NCBI RefSeq assembly: GCF_006345805.1
Contig: NC_042998.1
Span: forward strand, 137,268,001-137,332,000
Source of the DNA: Octopus sinensis
Taxonomy: Eukaryota
Length of the DNA stretch: 64,000 nucleotides
Direction of reading: 5' to 3'
The number at the start of each line of letters is the position of its first letter. Positions within the stretch are counted from its first letter, which is position 1. Position numbers and translations under genes: made by a program. The notes under the pieces are model-generated. The model did no database searches and was not told the DNA's origin. It saw only the letters and a list, made by a program, of their open reading frames with translations. Below are positions 41,701 through 55,700 of the stretch, in pieces.

Positions 41701-43819
41701 GATGTCACTCTAGTAACTGAAATGACAGAGAGAAGAGACAGCAGAAGTTACTGCAGTAGCAGCAGAAAATACAGAAAACAGCAGAGATAACAATAATAGC
41801 ATCTGAAAAGATAGAGAGAGGAGACAATGGCAGTCACTGTAATAGCAGCAGAAGAGACAAAGAGAGGAGATAGCACATTGATGGACCAGAGGCTGAAGTG
41901 TCATGTAAGCAACCTCAAGGAAATCAAATAGCTGACCTTTCTTTGGGTGTACTCTAGGATGTCTGTGTTTGTATAGCAGCAGCACCATACCATCTGTAAG
42001 AGGAATACCCCATGTAGGTCTCACCTAAATTTTGTTGAGGGGTTAGTTGTTAGGACCTGAAGTATTTCCTTGTTTTGAAGTGGGGATGCAAATTTTGCTA
42101 TGTTTAGTATGTGTGTTCACCAGAAGAAATCCTCAGGGGTAATGAAGCTTAGTATTTGAAGGGATTAAAATGGTTCTAGTTACATACTGTTCATGTATTT
42201 TTAAGGAAAGATGTAACTTGAAGCAGCTGGAGATCTTTTTACATTTAGCATATATGTATAGTGATGAATCTTGTAGAGTGAATAGGGAGAGTGTTAGAGG
42301 AGATTTACCTAGGGTGTGCTCGGCTACCATAGTTGAGAAATGGAGGAAAGGAGGAGTTCACAAAGGAACTGGCTTTAGTGCAGGATAAGAGCCATTACAT
42401 TTACAGAGACTTTTGCTGTTACAAATGAACCAGCCATAAAAACCATGCCAAAGTAGACTATGGAGCTCACTGCATTCATTGGACACATCTGATCCTGTCA
42501 AACCATCCAACCCATGCCAGCATAGAACATGCTTGTTAAATGATGATGATATATCTGACAAGTGACCGAGGCCTTTGGTGCTATGCCATGCTTGAGAAGA
42601 CCTGTGAAGCCAAGTGAATAGTTGTGGTCAATGCCAGTGTCACCCATGCTGGTGGCATGCAAAAAGCACTCATTACACTATTGGAGTGGTTGGCATTAGG
42701 AAGGGCATTGAGCTGTAGAAACCATGCCAAATCAGAATGGAACCTGGTGTAGCCCTCCAGCTTGCCAGTTTCAGTCAAATTGTCTTACTCATGCCAGCAT
42801 GGAAAGCAAATGCTAAATGATGATGATGATATATATGAAGGTAATTTTTATCTCCAACTTAACATAGAGGTTGTGTTAGAACACACAATACTATTTTATT
42901 TACTTTGACAGTACCACTCATATGGACTCATTGATGCACAAAAGCACTCTTATTTACGTTGTTGAGAGCTACGTCTGCTGGAACTGCCAGATCATGGGAT
43001 TTTGCTGTGTTTTGAGCTCTTCAGTACCAGATATCCTGTTGCTTCATAATGACCAAATCTTCCATCAAAGATATATAGAATATCAATGTCTGTTCAAGCA
43101 TTGATGTTGCAAATAGCCAGTGGACATATTAAAAAATAGTTAATTGCTTTTATACTCCATATGAGAGGTCTTCTGAAGGTAAATAATGCAGTATTCGGTG
43201 TTCTAACGCAACTTTTGTGTTAAGCTGGAGATAAAGATTGCTGACTGGTATTTATTCTGTTTCTATCACTATTTGATATATATATATATATATATATGTA
43301 AGTATGTATGTATATATATATGTATGTATGTATATAATGGGTAAGAATATGTGAAAACAAGGCATATAATAGATATAGACAATAAGTGCTCAGACCAGAA
43401 AATATGCCTGAAATCTAACATCAAACGAAAGGAGATGGAATACAAGCAAACAAGAATTGGCTATAGGCGATATACTGGTCAAGGTAATGAAAGTATGATA
43501 AAATAAATGATGGACTGGTTGTTCTGAATGACATCAAATAATTTATAGATTAGTCCTATAGAAATTAGTATAAAAATATGTCAATTAAGCAGGAAAATAA
43601 GAAAATCAGGAAGAGGGTGAGTTCATCGTAATTCTTCATAGATAGGTATATATCCTGAACATTCAAACTCTGTCACAAATAAAAGACAGAGGAATCTGAG
43701 TAGTCATCTTGAATAGGTAGGCAAAAATCTCGAGAGTTTAAACTCAAATAAGAGAGTGGAGAATACATGTAATCCTTTACAGCTGTTTCTGGGGTCTGGT
43801 GTCCATTAAATACAGTAAT

Positions 43820-44810
<991 letters not shown>

Positions 44811-45723
44811 TGTCTATGTGTGTGAGTTACAGAGACAGATGGTCAGAAAGACGATCAGATAGACAGAGGAAAAAATCAACATGTATCTACATATGAATGA
44901 ACATACATCCTAAGGAAGCAAGCAATCATTTCTGAATGCATGTGTTCAATATAAGCATGCATCAAAACACTAAAGTAGGTATGTAGGTCGGTAAGTATGT
45001 TGCTAAGTAGGTGTATAGGCAGGTGAACAATTAGGTGTGGGTGTTGGAGAGGGCGGTAAGGAGATGAGTTGGTGCTGGTCAATTATGCATGCAAGAAGTA
45101 TTTAGCTGTGTGAACAGCAACATTGCCAAGCAAACAATGAAAGCTCGCTGCTAAAGATCACCACTAGAACTAAAACAGTATATTTGGGTTTGCTAATAGT
45201 AAAATGAAAGAAGTTCATTCTCTTAACAGGATGTAATAATTAAAAAAAAAAAAGATGATAATAAACAAATAAATTACAACCACCACCTTGTCACTTTGAC
45301 CCATCAGTTGTCTGCAATTCCAGATAGATAACATTATTTTCATCCAATCATTGTCAAGCTATTCTAGATTATATAAATAGAAGTCTTTGTGAGTTATAAG
45401 AGATCATCAGGCTGATATTAAACCCACCCACACTACAGTATTAAGTGCTTCTGAGATACATCTTTCTCTGGATAGCATGTCAAGCTACTGCAGATAACAT
45501 TTCCAAAATATCTGGTATTTCATTGTCAGCGTCCGGACAAACAAAAGCAAATTCAATTAAATGTCCGACTAGAAGACTTAACAGATTACAACATATTTGA
45601 ATTTTGTACATTGAAGTTACTTGTCTAACACTCTATCCACTTTGACATTTTACATAAATAGGCAATGAAGGAACATCTACATGATTGCTTGGTCCATGAG
45701 AAATAGCTGCTAAATCTCCCTCA

Positions 45724-45846
45724 GCAAGCACATTTTCCTCAATCAAGAGCAAAAGTCAGAGGTTTGAAGACAATCAGATACCACCATAGTTCCAACTGTA
45801 AATGATGTTGACTGGTGCTCCACTGGCATCCACATTGATGACCCTG
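45724..45846 (+). pseudogene. Decayed 18S rRNA gene fragment
   Basis: aatcaagagcaaaagtcagaggtttgaagacaatcagataccaccatagttccaactgtaaatgatgttgactgg aligns by eye to the conserved 18S segment AATCAAGAACGAAAGTCAGAGGTTCGAAGACGATCAGATACCGTCGTAGTTCCGACCATAAACGATGCCGACTGG. Most differences are CpG>TpG/CpA. Confidence 0.85.
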
Positions 45847-46199
45847 TGTGGAAAACTATAGTCATTTTGAGGTGGTGGGGTATGGTTGCAAAACAGAAAT
45901 TTAGATTATATAGATTTTTTTAATCTCTTTTTTTTCCGTATTTGTTTCAATCATTGGACAGCAACTATGCAGGGGGCACTGCCTAGTGGGGTTTAGTTGG
46001 AAAAAATCAACCCCAGTACATATCCTTATAAGTCTGGTACTTATTCTATTGGTCTTTTTCATCAAACTGCTAAGTTACAAAGACATAAACAAACCAAAAC
46101 AGTTGTTGAGTGATGGTGGTGACACAAACACAAACACAGACACACACATGCATACATACATACCGAGAGGCAGACAGACAGACAGATAGACAGACATAT

Positions 46200-47670
46200 T
46201 CTAGGGTGTTAGTTTATTTGTAATGTTGTTTATATTGGCAGTGAACCCCTTATTAGCCTTGTTAACAAAATGCCAAGACTACATGCTGGGATATGTAGGA
46301 AAGAATGAAGTTAATGTCAATTACATATTTTTTGTTGATGACCTAAAGTTATATTCTGGTAATACGATCAACATCAAGAGAAAATTAGAACTATTCACAA
46401 CATTCTCACGATGGAGTTTGGGCGAGATAAAAACTCATACATGATAGTCAACCAAGGAAAGATTGTCAACCCGATAGAGGACATGCACGTCAACAGCTTG
46501 TCTATCTCCCCTATCTCTAATGCTGAAAACTACAAGTACTTTGAAATCAATGAGATTGCTGTATACACTGCTGCTGTGACTAAAGCCAGAATAACAAAAG
46601 AGTACTTCTGTAGACCCCAGAAAATATAGAATCCAGAGTTGTCTGCATTTAACAAAACTATATCACTCAATGCTTTTGCAGTGCTAGTGTTAGGACTAAC
46701 ATTTGGGATGTACAACTAACATTTGAGATACACAACCTAGACATCAAAACCAGAAAGGTACTTGCCACCTCTGGCAATATCTACATTAACAGTGATGCTG
46801 GAAGGATCTATGTGAGATGAAGTGATAGCAGTAGAGGCCAGTATCAACACACTAGATATTGAGATATTAGCTGGACACTCAACGCGATACACAGCCTAGA
46901 CATCAAAACCAGAAAAGACTCTAAATGATGTTGACTGGTGCTCCACTGGCAACTGCCACATTATCAGCAATACCGATAGGATCATTGAGAGATGAAGTGA
47001 TGGTGGTAGAAGCATAAGGTCAGTCCAAATAGCCTTTGAATGTTGCATTGTACTACTCAGACAACACCTTCTGAACAGTAAAGAAAGAAATAGGTACATT
47101 CTCAAAAGTGAGAACAACATTTTCAGAGTTGGAGAAGAGCTATTGTGCTGGTACTCTAAGAATACAACTGTCTCATGTAACCCAAAGGAGGCTGGACTGA
47201 CATATCTAAACAGAAATCTGGAAGAGAAGCAGGCATCATACCAACAAAAAACAATGCATAGATACATATCTTATAAGCCAGAGAACAGCAACAGCATTGA
47301 TGGGAAGAGTAGCCTCTCCTGGAGCTGTAATAGATACATTACACCCCACAGCCAGAGGGCAACAACAGCATTATCAGGAAGAGTAGCCTCTCCTGGAGCC
47401 GTGATAGATACATTACACCCCACCTAGAAGGAGATACCTTCATTATCCAGGAACAAGAGAGACAAAGATGCCATCAAACTTCCACATTGTGATAGAAAAT
47501 GTCAGCTCTGCTATACCAGTGTGGAAGATATCATCCACATCATCAGCAGCTGCCCCAAAATGTCTATGAAATACTACCTACTCTTGAGACATAATATAGT
47601 TTGCAAAGACTACTTACAATGTTATCTACAAGAAGGTCAGCCCTGATATATACATTAAAGGTATATCAGA
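46200..47670 (+). mobile_element. Decayed R4/Dong-like non-LTR retrotransposon (RT C-half plus CCHC)
   Basis: FILAVNPL...YIFFVDDLKLYSG, MEFGRDK, NYKYFEINE, LDIKTRK and zinc knuckle CQLCYTSVEDIIHIISSC. Contains internal tandem duplications with periods 159 and 74 nt. Confidence 0.82.
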
Positions 47671-47962
47671 CTTTTTCCCTCTTCTTGCTCTAGTAGAGAA
47701 TTTGAGTAAAACTATATTAATGTGTCCAACTGATTAAAAATTCTATTTATTTATGCAGCTGAAGATAGCCCTGCATTTAAATTGATGTAATGATTGCATT
47801 GTTCAATTAAATGTGGCCACTTGAAACGGTCGTACTGCATCAGCTCTTAATATCCTGTTGCTTATTTTGATTTTATTCACCTTACTTTGAGTTCCATGGT
47901 TAATACTCCACTGATTTGGTGCTTCAACTTAAGTACCTAATTCAACTGAATCTCAATTATTT

Positions 47963-47999
<37 letters not shown>

Positions 48000-50629
48000 A
48001 ATATTAAAAATGGGGAAGGCCAGTATATGGGATTACCTTAGGTTTCCTATCAAAAAAGGGTTTAGCTTTATGGTGTATCGTCAGATCCCAAAAACCTGCA
48101 ATAGTTTAGTTATCATGATAATTTGTCTAAATAGTTAAACAAGAATTAAGCTAAGTTCCTCTCAGCAAATCAAATGTTCTCTGGTTTTGTTTTCTGATTA
48201 AATACAAATCTCTTAACTTTTGTTACAAATATTTTCATAAATACAGGAATGTGACAAATTTGCAGAATCATTAGAGTGTTGGGTAGAGTAACACATGGTA
48301 TTTGTTCTAATACTTGAGGGTCTGAGCTCAAATCCCACCAACATTAACTTTCATCATTTGGGGGTCAATATAAAAAAATGTACCAATCTAAGCAGGATGG
48401 GGACTGGCAGAACTGTAAGAATATCAAACCAAATGCTTTTGAAGTATTTATTCTGGCTCTTTGCATTCTCAGTTCAAATTCCATGGGATCCTCTTAAGTG
48501 GGAAACTTAATCTATCACGCATTTTAAAACTGGCATCTATGGCATCTATAGCAGAATCCATTCTCTCTGGTTTGAGGATATCTTACTCCCTCCCAATAAT
48601 CTCAGGGGTTCTCTGAAGAGTTATAGATACTGCCTTCCTCCTCACTAGAAGATAAAAAAAAACCTTCCCTACAGTGTAACATTTTCATTATAGTGATGAT
48701 GTAATCTTTTTTTTATTTTACTATATTGCTCAATTCTGTGGTTTATCTTTTTAAGCATTCATCATCATCATCGTTTTATGTCCATAGAAACTCTGCCAAA
48801 TCAAGATTGGAGCCTGGTGCAGCCATCTGGTTCACCAGTCCTCAGTCAAATCGTCCAACCCATGCTAGCATGGAAAGCGGACATTAAACGATGATGATGA
48901 TGAATGCTTAAAAAGATCAACCACAGAATTGAGCAATATAGTAAAAAAAAAAAAATAAATAAAAAGATTACATCATCACTATAATGAAAATGTTACACTG
49001 TAGGGAAAGAGACAGTGACTTAACCACCTCTGCTATGCCTGGGCTATTTCAAGAAGCAAGTACATTTACCACCTATCCACTCGTGGATATGCCAAGAAGG
49101 AAAGACAAACCAATATGTTCTCAGCATCCATAGAGCTGCAAGGGATACCAGGTATTGGTTGAATATGACAAACATATTTGCTTTAGGGTCTTTCTTTCTG
49201 GATTTTCTGTAGACGTTTATATCCTTAACCTTTTTTAAATATTCAATAAATTACCCCACAAAGCAGCAGGATTTTATTATTACAGTAGGCATGGTTTGTA
49301 CAGAGTAAGTCCCATTTTATCTTTTCCATCAAACTTGTACTGGTCTGGTGCAACAAGTGCCACAAATGCAATAGTCATCAGGATGCAAGAATTGTATGAA
49401 GTTATGTTCTGTTTGATGAGCAGCTAAAGAGCTGAAGGACCTCATCTGCCCTGGGTCCATTAGAATATCTGTGAATGCTCTTTTCTGAAAGCAATTCCAT
49501 GACATGCTACTAAACCCATAGCTAGAACCATGACAAGTGCTACTATTCCAGGTTAGAATAGAACTGGGAACAATAGTGCCTAAGAGATAGTTCCACACTC
49601 CTCAAAGCCCCGAAACTCCTGAACCAGGCCCCCACTATTGGATGTAGTTTAAAGTCACACAATGAACACTTAATTCTGTATTTTGATTATATTTCTCATT
49701 GACACAATTAACAATGGAATTATTAAAAACACCAACAACAACACAACAAAGAAGCTTATCTGCAGCTGACTGATCTTCTAGAAAAAGCAGCCAAATCTTA
49801 CTCCCCACTGAATCAAAAACCAAGGGTGATATGTATCTAGGGTAATATGAATCATATCTTTACATTTTTGCATTACATGGAACTGGTCAGCATTGAAATA
49901 TTATATGACATGGAGAGGAAGTTCAATTTTTTTTTTTTTGAGATGCAGTTTTGGTCATGTTTTTTCATATGTAACCATAATGAATGATTGTCTGATATTG
50001 TTAGACCTCCCTCTCTCTCTCTTTCGGAGAGGCACTGAGCAGCTATACGCACACATACACACACGGCAGTAACTTCCACCTACCGAATTCAATCACAAAG
50101 CTCCGGTCGGCTCAGGGCTATAGTGGAAGACACCTACCCAAAGTGCCATGCAGTGGGACTGAACCCGAAACAATGTAGCTAGGAAGCAAGCTCCCTAACC
50201 ACACAGCCATGCCCGATGTTTTGTAAAATTTTGATTGTGAATAATACAGGTTTCTGACTATGGAAAGCAAAAGTTTGTTTGGAGAGGATGTTGAACGAGA
50301 TTAGGTTGTCAAATAAACATTGGGAAATATTTTCAAAATACTTCTAATTGGGAGTGGTACATATCTGGTGAAAATTGTAAAAATCATATGTGAATGATGC
50401 CTGTGTTACAAAAAAAATAAAGAGTAGTAAAGAGAAGTAAGAGATTAGAAATAACAGCATTCCTGCCATTAACACTTTTGATAACAACCCCACCTAAGAC
50501 AGACCCAGGGTCTATGATATAAATTTCCTGTTTATAGTGATTTAAATTAAAACCTTACATCGAAATTTTATGTAAATTTAGATTCTAAATGTAATCATGA
50601 CAAAAATTGTTTTGCTAACATTTTCATAG

Positions 50630-51030
50630 GCATAGGCATGGCTGTGTGGTAGGAAGCTTATTTCCCAAACACATGGTTCCAGGTTCAGTGCCACTGTGTG
50701 GCACCTTGGGCAAGTGTCCACTACTGTTATAGCCTCAGGCCAACCAAAGACTTGTGAGTAAATTTGGTAAACGGAAACTGAAAGAAGTCTGTCGTGTATG
50801 TGTGTGTTTGTGTGTGTGTGTGTGACCACTGCTTGATAACTGGTGTTGGTGTGTTTACATTTCTGTAACAAAGCAGTTTAGCAAGAGAGACTGATAAAGA
50901 ATAGGTACCAGGCTTTAAAAAAATAGATAAATACTGGGGTCAATTCATTCAACTAAAGATTCAATGCAGTGCCCCTGCATGGCCACAGTCTAATGACAGA
51001 AACAGATAAAAGACACAAGATAAAAGATTA
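50630..51030 (+). mobile_element. Near full-length octopus-type tRNA-derived SINE (head gcatggctgtgtggtaggaagc...ggttcagtgccactg, CA/GT spacer, body ...gatagaataagtac...)
   Basis: The same head or body recurs at about 955-1106(-), 7441-7625(-), 7865-7990(-), 14370-14560(-), 17000-17300(-), 21420-21710(+), 30985-31150(-), 45930-46120(-), 50065-50215(-) and 53700-53810(-). Confidence 0.8.
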
Positions 51031-51993
51031 TTTTTAAAATCAACTGAAACAAAAATAGAGTATTTCAACAGAAATATGGTAACAAAATGGTTAATGTACA
51101 AAGGGAAGGGTATGAACCACATAACTTGAGGGGTCAACTTTATGCTAAGAGATGAGGGATAAAAGCATTAGAGTAGAGACCAGAGCAGAACAGGTTTCTT
51201 GCTATAGAGGGGCTACATGGCTAATAACATGGATGTAAACTTCATTTTGTTTTTTCAGTAATAAAGACTGGCAGTGGCAGAGCTGATGGTGCTGCTGCTG
51301 CTGCTGTTGCTGCTGTTGCTCCTGTTGCTTCTGTTGCTGCTGCTCGTGGCAGCGGTGGTGGCAAAAATCTTCACCACATTTCAGTGGGTTGTGGTGGGAT
51401 GAAGTTGGATAGTGAGACTAGCAATGTCAGTTTTAGAACCACTGTACTTATGATAAAGTGGATTAGACTGTCGAGAACCAAGTGTCTGGGACTTAATGCT
51501 TGCAGCTCCCGAGACAGGATATGAACCAGTAAATCAGTTGGGTGTTTGACTGCTACCCTTAACAACTTCATTATCTATACTCTTAGTTATCTTTACCTCT
51601 TAACCCAAATGGTCTTGGAAAGAGCAGGAACACTCATCCATCTTCCACCTCCTCATCTTCTTCCTTCTCTCCTTCCTCTTCTTCTTTCTCTTCCTTCTCT
51701 TCTTCCTCTTGAGACTAATTAATTTTTTTTAAAACTTAACCACAGTCTCTTTCATCCATTCAGAGTTATATTGGTTTCATCCTCCTTCTTAACATTACTA
51801 TAAAAAAATGTAATATATTTTATGTAATCATCTATGGTGACTAAGTAGATAAGGAACTGGCGTTTTGGAGTTCAAACCTCACTGCTGACAGTACATGATG
51901 ACCTTTGTTGAGATACTTTACACCACTTGTCTCGGGTTTTGCACTACTGCAATATAAAGTACTCTTCTCACTTCATTCAAGAGGGTGATCTTA

Positions 51994-52052
51994 TTTTTAT
52001 TAGGTGACCTTATTTTCTTTAACTGTTTCCAAATAAATAGGTGTAAAATAAA

Positions 52053-52088
<36 letters not shown>

Positions 52089-52560
52089 TATCATCATCAT
52101 CATCATCTTTATCATTGTTGTCATTGTCATTGTCGTCGTCATCATCATCATCATCATCATCATCATTACCATCATTGTAATCTTCATTGTCTTCATCATT
52201 GCTGTTATCGTCATTATCATTGTCATCTTCGTTGTCTTCATCACCATCATCATCATTGTCGTCAATGTCATTATCATCATTATCATCATCATCATCGTCG
52301 TCATCATCACCATAACCATTATCGCCATCACAGTCGTCATTGTCATTGTCATCATCGTCATCATCTTCATCATCGTCATCATTATTGTCATCATTGCATC
52401 ATTATCATCATCATTGTCATCAGTGTCATCATCATCGTCGTCGCCATCATCATCATCATAATTATCACCATTGCAATTGTCACTGTCATGGTAGTGTTGT
52501 CATCATATTCATCATAATCATCATCAGCATCAGCAACATTATTATCATCACAGTCATCAC
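51994..52560. repeat. Imperfect (ATC)n low-complexity tract
   Basis: Seen directly. Source of the poly-I, poly-M, poly-S and poly-H ORFs. Confidence 0.92.
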
Positions 52561-53190
52561 TTTTAGTATCCACCTTCCTATATTAGCATGTGTCAGACAG
52601 AATCCACTGAAGTGGATTTTCTGCAACCAGATGCTCTTCACATAATTAACCCTCAACTGTTAGCAAACCAGCAAATATTTCCCCATGGCAGGACAAGTTT
52701 TCATAGAAAACTGAAAACAAGGAACATCTCTTGAATGAGTCTGAGGTCTGTTTATGACTATCATGTACTGTCACGACAAAGACACACACACACACCCATA
52801 AATATACATACATACATACATGTATGTATGTATGTATGTATGTATGTATGTATGTATGTATGTATGTATGTATGTATGTATGCATGCATGCATGTCATTA
52901 TTCAGTTTATTTCAAGATTTCTTGCCAATAGAGAAAAAACCGGTTTCTAACCTAAATCATAGGCTCTTTCATTGGAATTTCAATATCAACAACAGGGTAT
53001 GTATGTATGTATGTATGTATGTATGTATGTATGTATGTATGTATTCTCATGCATATAGTTGATTATCTAGACATGCTCATATATATTTAAATGATAAACT
53101 TCTGGAAAATTTTATAGACTTTTACAGTTCCCATGATGGATTGGATCTGTAGTCTTCAAATTAGCTTTCTCCTTTCTGGTTTTGAGAAGC

Positions 53191-53269
<79 letters not shown>

Positions 53270-54725
53270 CTGCTTCCCCCTTTACACTTTACATCATGAC
53301 ATTTCTGTGATACACAATCCCTATTGATCATTTTTTTCTTTTCTTTTTTTTCTTTCTTTTCTTTTTTTGTTTCTTTTCTTTTCTTTTTTTTTTTCCTTTC
53401 TATGATCCCTTTTGATCGAAAACCTACCCCATCTTTTTTTTTCTCCCCAAAAAGAAAAGCTCTACTTTGTAATTTGTCCCGTCTGTGTCCAGCCCTGTGT
53501 GGCTAATAAAGAAATATATCTATCTATCTATCTATGTGCATGTGTGCGTGCATGCATGTGTGCATGTGTGCGTGCATGCATGTGTGCATGCATGCATGCA
53601 AGAGTGTGTGCATGTATACATGCATGAGTGTGTGTGTGTGTGTGTGTGTATAGAAGAAGCTTCTTTCAGTTACCTTTCGCTATTTCCACATGCAGGACTT
53701 TAATTGGTTCAAGGCTACAGTAGAAGACACTTGCCCAAGGCACCACACAGTGAGACTGAACCAGAAATCATATGGTTGAGAAGCCATCTTCCTAACCACA
53801 CAACTATATCTACAACATATGCACAGTGAAAGCTGTTTATTGTAATCACATTGGATGGAGCCATTTAGTTAACAATAACCAGCTGAAAATATATCAATAT
53901 CCTGAGCATATTTGAGACCTTTAATTTTGATAACATTAACAATTTGATAATATTAGCCATGATTATAATCAATGGCTTCCATAGTACCACAAAACATATA
54001 CCACAGGAACTAAATTTATATTTATATTATATTTATAAAAGAAAAGTAGCTCATTAAAAAGTCAAAGTAAAATATATTAAGAAAGAAATGATCTTGAACT
54101 CCTCTCTTAACTTACATACATATTAGTAATTCGGTCAAGTGGCAGAGGAAACATTGGTACTTAGAATGGAGAATAGTACTTTGTGCTGGTGAATTATGTA
54201 ATAATTTTTACACTGATTCTGTATTGCATGTGTTTTCAAGGATACATTAGTCTAAACTGAAAATGATTTTTTCCTTTTTCTTTTCTTTTTTTCCTTATTC
54301 ATTCTACTGAGCAAATAGTGAAGTTGTGTGGCTTAATGTTAAGGTATTGCACTCATGATTGCAAAGATTGCGGTTTTAATTCCCAGACTAGGCAGTACAA
54401 TGTGCTCTTGAGCAAAAGACTTCGTTTCACATTGCTTCAGTTCACTCAGCTGTAGATGATGGACTGGTATCCCATTCAGCAAGGAATGCTTTAATCTCAA
54501 TCATTTACAAGGGAGTCATGAAAAGTTTCTGCCTTTTCAGTAAAAGAAAATACGGGAGGATCAGTTAATTATAATTTTATTCAACATATTCCCCTCTCAG
54601 ATTCAAACACTTATTGCAGCAGTCCTTCAGTTTTTCTAAGCCCTGTAAAAGAACTCAGAAGGTTGGGCCTCCAACCAGGCCTTTCACGATACCCTTAGAT
54701 CCAGGGACTTTTCAGCACTCCATCA

Positions 54726-54850
<125 letters not shown>

Positions 54851-55209
54851 ATCTATGTGTGTGCATGTGTGTGTATAGAACAGGCTTCTTTCAGTTACCT
54901 TTCACTATTATATCATAAATGTTCTTTTTTGAAAAGAATAAATGTTAATGTTTTTATTTTTGCCTCCCCTTCCTTATAAATCTAAAATTTCATATCCAGT
55001 TGAAGAATAAAAGAGGAGCCACATCAGTGTACATACCCAAGAACACTTAGGCTGAATCACAACAAGCTCAATTGAGGCCCTCAATGGGACAACAATGCTG
55101 CTACACACATATGCACTCATACAGACATTCTGAACTACATCAAGAAAAAGGTCATTCAACTGACTGGCATAAAAATCCCTCCAGCCTCTACCTCACAAGA
55201 ATGTATCCT

Positions 55210-55266
<57 letters not shown>

Positions 55267-55504
55267 CTATCATTACTACAATAGTCTTTGTTTCTCAGAG
55301 CTGATTGGTTCTGTACCCCCTTCACACATGCATTCTTGACTCGCTCACCTCTCCTTCTCTCATCAGCTTTGTTGCATCCAATCTTTGAGGTTCTTTATTA
55401 ACTGCTATGCTCATTTCTTCCGCCTTAGAACATGAGACTCCTGGAATCTCCCTTCCTCCAGAGCCAGTTAGTTAATGATATCAACTAATCCCTGCCTTTC
55501 AGAA

Positions 55505-55700
55505 ATTGCTAACATTATACCTATTTCAAGGACTGGAGTAGGGGTCAGAAATTTAGGGGAAGGAATTAGTTGATTATATTAGCCCAGTATTTCACTGGTG
55601 CTTTATTTTATAAACCTTGATAGGATAATAGGCTAAGTTGATCTTAGTGGGGTTTGAACTCAGAATGCAGTGTCACAACAAATATTGTGAGATATTTATT
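55505..55700 (-). mobile_element. Family-B SINE
   Basis: Reverse complement of the family-B body (cccagtatttcactggtgctttatttta...tttgaactcagaatg). Confidence 0.7.

Noticed and set aside
48665-49007. Interpretation as a MITE with 120-bp TIRs
   Set aside because: No TSD, and the arms include the SINE tail continuous with the spacer. An inverted duplication fits better.
51918-52645. Poly-M, poly-I and poly-H ORFs
   Set aside because: Products of an imperfect (ATC)n tract.
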